A stretch of DNA of 64,000 nucleotides from Eubacteriales bacterium (GTDB lineage Bacteria; Bacillota; Clostridia; Oscillospirales; CAG-272), in contig JAZNBA010000072.1 of NCBI GenBank assembly GCA_045586785.1, positions 59,197 through 123,196 on the forward strand, given 5' to 3'. Below, piece by piece: positions 62,488 through 64,000 of this stretch; the first letter of the stretch is position 1, and the number at the start of each line of letters is the position of its first letter. The notes below the pieces were generated by a model. That model saw only the letters and a list, made by a program, of their open reading frames with translations. It was not told the origin of the DNA and made no database searches. Both the position numbers and the translations under genes were made by a program.

Positions 62488-63777
62488 TTATTCTACCCCA
62501 AGGTATTTAAAGCCCAGGTTTGCGCCCAGACATATGAATTTCTCGCGGAGACTTTGGTTGGGTGTGTTTTTGACGCGCTTGAATATGTTTTTAAAGGAAT
62601 ACGTTTGCTTCCAGACGGTCCTGTATATCTGATCAAGGCGCTGAGGCGGCATGTTTTGCGGCATAAACACTGTTTCGTGTTGGTTATATTTTGACCAATC
62701 CCGTGTTATGATGCGCCCCTCGTCCTCCAGACGTCGGAATAGCGGTGAGTTGGGCACAGGCGTAAGAATGGCAAATCTTGCAAGATTCAAGTTAAGATAA
62801 TTGATCTGTTCGGGCAAAGATAACAGCTCCTGCTCGGTATCACCGTCCATCCCGAGAATAAAGCAGCCGTTTACGCTTATGCCGTAGCTTTGCATTATGG
62901 CAATGGCTTGCTTGTAGTTGCTTGGATCGTTGAAGCCTTTGTTTGATGTATCAAGTGTATTTCGATTCATTGATTCAAGACCGACCAGCAGTCCCGCACA
63001 ACCGCTTTGCTGTGCGGCGCGCATCAATTCTTGGTCAAATGCCGAGGCTATCGTGGCAGACCCTACCCACCGTATATTCAGCTTGGCAAGCTGCTTCATA
63101 AGAGCTATGGAATATTCGCGGTCACCGAAAAAGTTAGGGTCAAAAAAGACCAGCATACGAGTATTCAGAGCTTTGATCTCATTTATAACGTTTTCAACAG
63201 GACGGGCACTGCAAGTTCTCCACATTTTGCTTATAGCGCAAAATTCGCAATTATTCGGACAGCCTCGATTTGCGATAACGGCAGGATATTTCAGATATTT
63301 TTTGCGAGGTATGGCGCGTCTGTCGGGCGGTACTATATCAGCGCCGTTTACGTGCTGTCGGTCGTAAAGCGGCTTTGGACAGCCGGCGGCGAAATCCTTC
63401 AAAAACTGCGGCCATGAGTACTCTGCCGCGCCCACTATCACGGTGTCAGCATGCTGCGCTGCTTCCTCGGGCATATGAGTGGGATGGTATCCGCCCATGA
63501 CAATATACGAACCCTGCTGCCTGAAATGTTGTGCTATTTTGTATGCTCTCGGCGCGTTTGATGTCAACACGCTGAGCGCGACGATGTCGTATTTCTGATG
63601 TTTCAGCGGATAATTACCCTGTATTTCGTCGTATGTATCAACACTTGCGTCGATTTCTTGCGGAATCAACGCAAGCAGTGTAGCCAACGTCAGCGGAGCA
63701 TATGTTATAAGACCCGATAGCCGCGCGCGATAGCTTTTGTCATCGGCGTGCCACGGCTGTAATAATAAAATCTTCAT
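62488..63777 (-). CDS. B12-binding domain radical SAM protein (paralog 4)
   Basis: Start at MKILLLQPWHADD (GGAG upstream). IVMGGYHPTHMPEE and GCPNNCEFC. Confidence 0.8.
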   Translation of the reverse strand: MKILLLQPWHADDKSYRARLSGLITYAPLTLATLLALIPQEIDASVDTYDEIQGNYPLKHQKYDIVALSVLTSNAPRAYKIAQHFRQQGSYIVMGGYHPTHMPEEAAQHADTVIVGAAEYSWPQFLKDFAAGCPKPLYDRQHVNGADIVPPDRRAIPRKKYLKYPAVIANRGCPNNCEFCAISKMWRTCSARPVENVINEIKALNTRMLVFFDPNFFGDREYSIALMKQLAKLNIRWVGSATIASAFDQELMRAAQQSGCAGLLVGLESMNRNTLDTSNKGFNDPSNYKQAIAIMQSYGISVNGCFILGMDGDTEQELLSLPEQINYLNLNLARFAILTPVPNSPLFRRLEDEGRIITRDWSKYNQHETVFMPQNMPPQRLDQIYRTVWKQTYSFKNIFKRVKNTPNQSLREKFICLGANLGFKYLGVE

Positions 63778-63796
63778 AATAGCGACTCCGGATGTG

Positions 63797-64000
63797 TTAT
63801 ACTGTAGGGATATCCGAATTGTCCGACATAACGTCGGCGCCGAATATCTCAAATTCCTTTGCGTATTTCCTGTAACCAATATTAACTAACATATAGATGC
63901 TTTTGACGGTCTTTGGCTTGGTAAGGTCAAGACGCTTCCAAATGTTTTTCCACGAATAGGTTTGCTTCCATGCCCACGCAATTCCTGCTTCAAGCTGTTC
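63797..64000 (-). CDS. B12-binding radical SAM protein (paralog 5), 3' fragment entering from beyond the window
   Basis: My translation of the minus strand gives ...WAWKQTYSWKNIWKRLDLTKPKTVKSIYMLVNIGYRKYAKEF...PTV-stop. This aligns with the C-terminus of paralog 4 (VWKQTYSFKNIFKRVKNTP...). Confidence 0.65.
   Translation of the reverse strand, partial: EQLEAGIAWAWKQTYSWKNIWKRLDLTKPKTVKSIYMLVNIGYRKYAKEFEIFGADVMSDNSDIPTV

Overview
This 64-kb window is from a Firmicute. Gene content, the ECF S-components and the riboswitch types suggest a Clostridia-like gut organism, which is inference only. It falls into three parts.

(i) 1-29.7 kb is ordinary chromosome. It holds tyrS, several secreted Thr-linker lipoproteins including two orphan solute-binding paralogs, an AraC regulator, a sugar transferase with a flippase, and azlCD. 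It also holds a THF-riboswitch folT-folC operon, a preQ1-riboswitch queT, a DeoR-linked sugar or aminosugar-type catabolic locus, and abutting tRNA-Met and tRNA-Glu genes.

(ii) 29.75-55.28 kb is a mosaic, mostly AT-rich genomic island of about 25.5 kb at the 3' end of tRNA-Glu. A decayed copy of the tRNA-Glu 3' half bounds it on the right. It carries mobilisation genes (relaxase, MobC, two ParB-like proteins, TnpV), a tyrosine integrase and a large serine recombinase. It also carries a LexA-like repressor, a sigma-region-4 protein and a HEPN-like protein. The cargo operon is headed by a dGTPase-like HD protein. That is followed by an acyl-AMP ligase, an ACP, two unknown AT-rich genes, a 2505-aa C-FkbH-T-C-A-T-R megasynthetase, an SDR, an alanine racemase with an in-frame TAA, and an Sfp-type PPTase. 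A 104-bp segment flanked by 28-bp inverted repeats sits between the integrase and the cargo. It contains a promoter currently pointing away from the cargo, so it is a candidate invertible switch.

(iii) 55.3-64 kb holds an ECF sigma/anti-sigma operon. It also holds a translationally coupled operon of at least five paralogous B12-binding radical SAM enzymes plus a two-lobed GNAT-like protein, of unknown function.

No rRNA, CRISPR array or phage structural genes were seen. All product calls rest on motifs read by eye, with no database searches.
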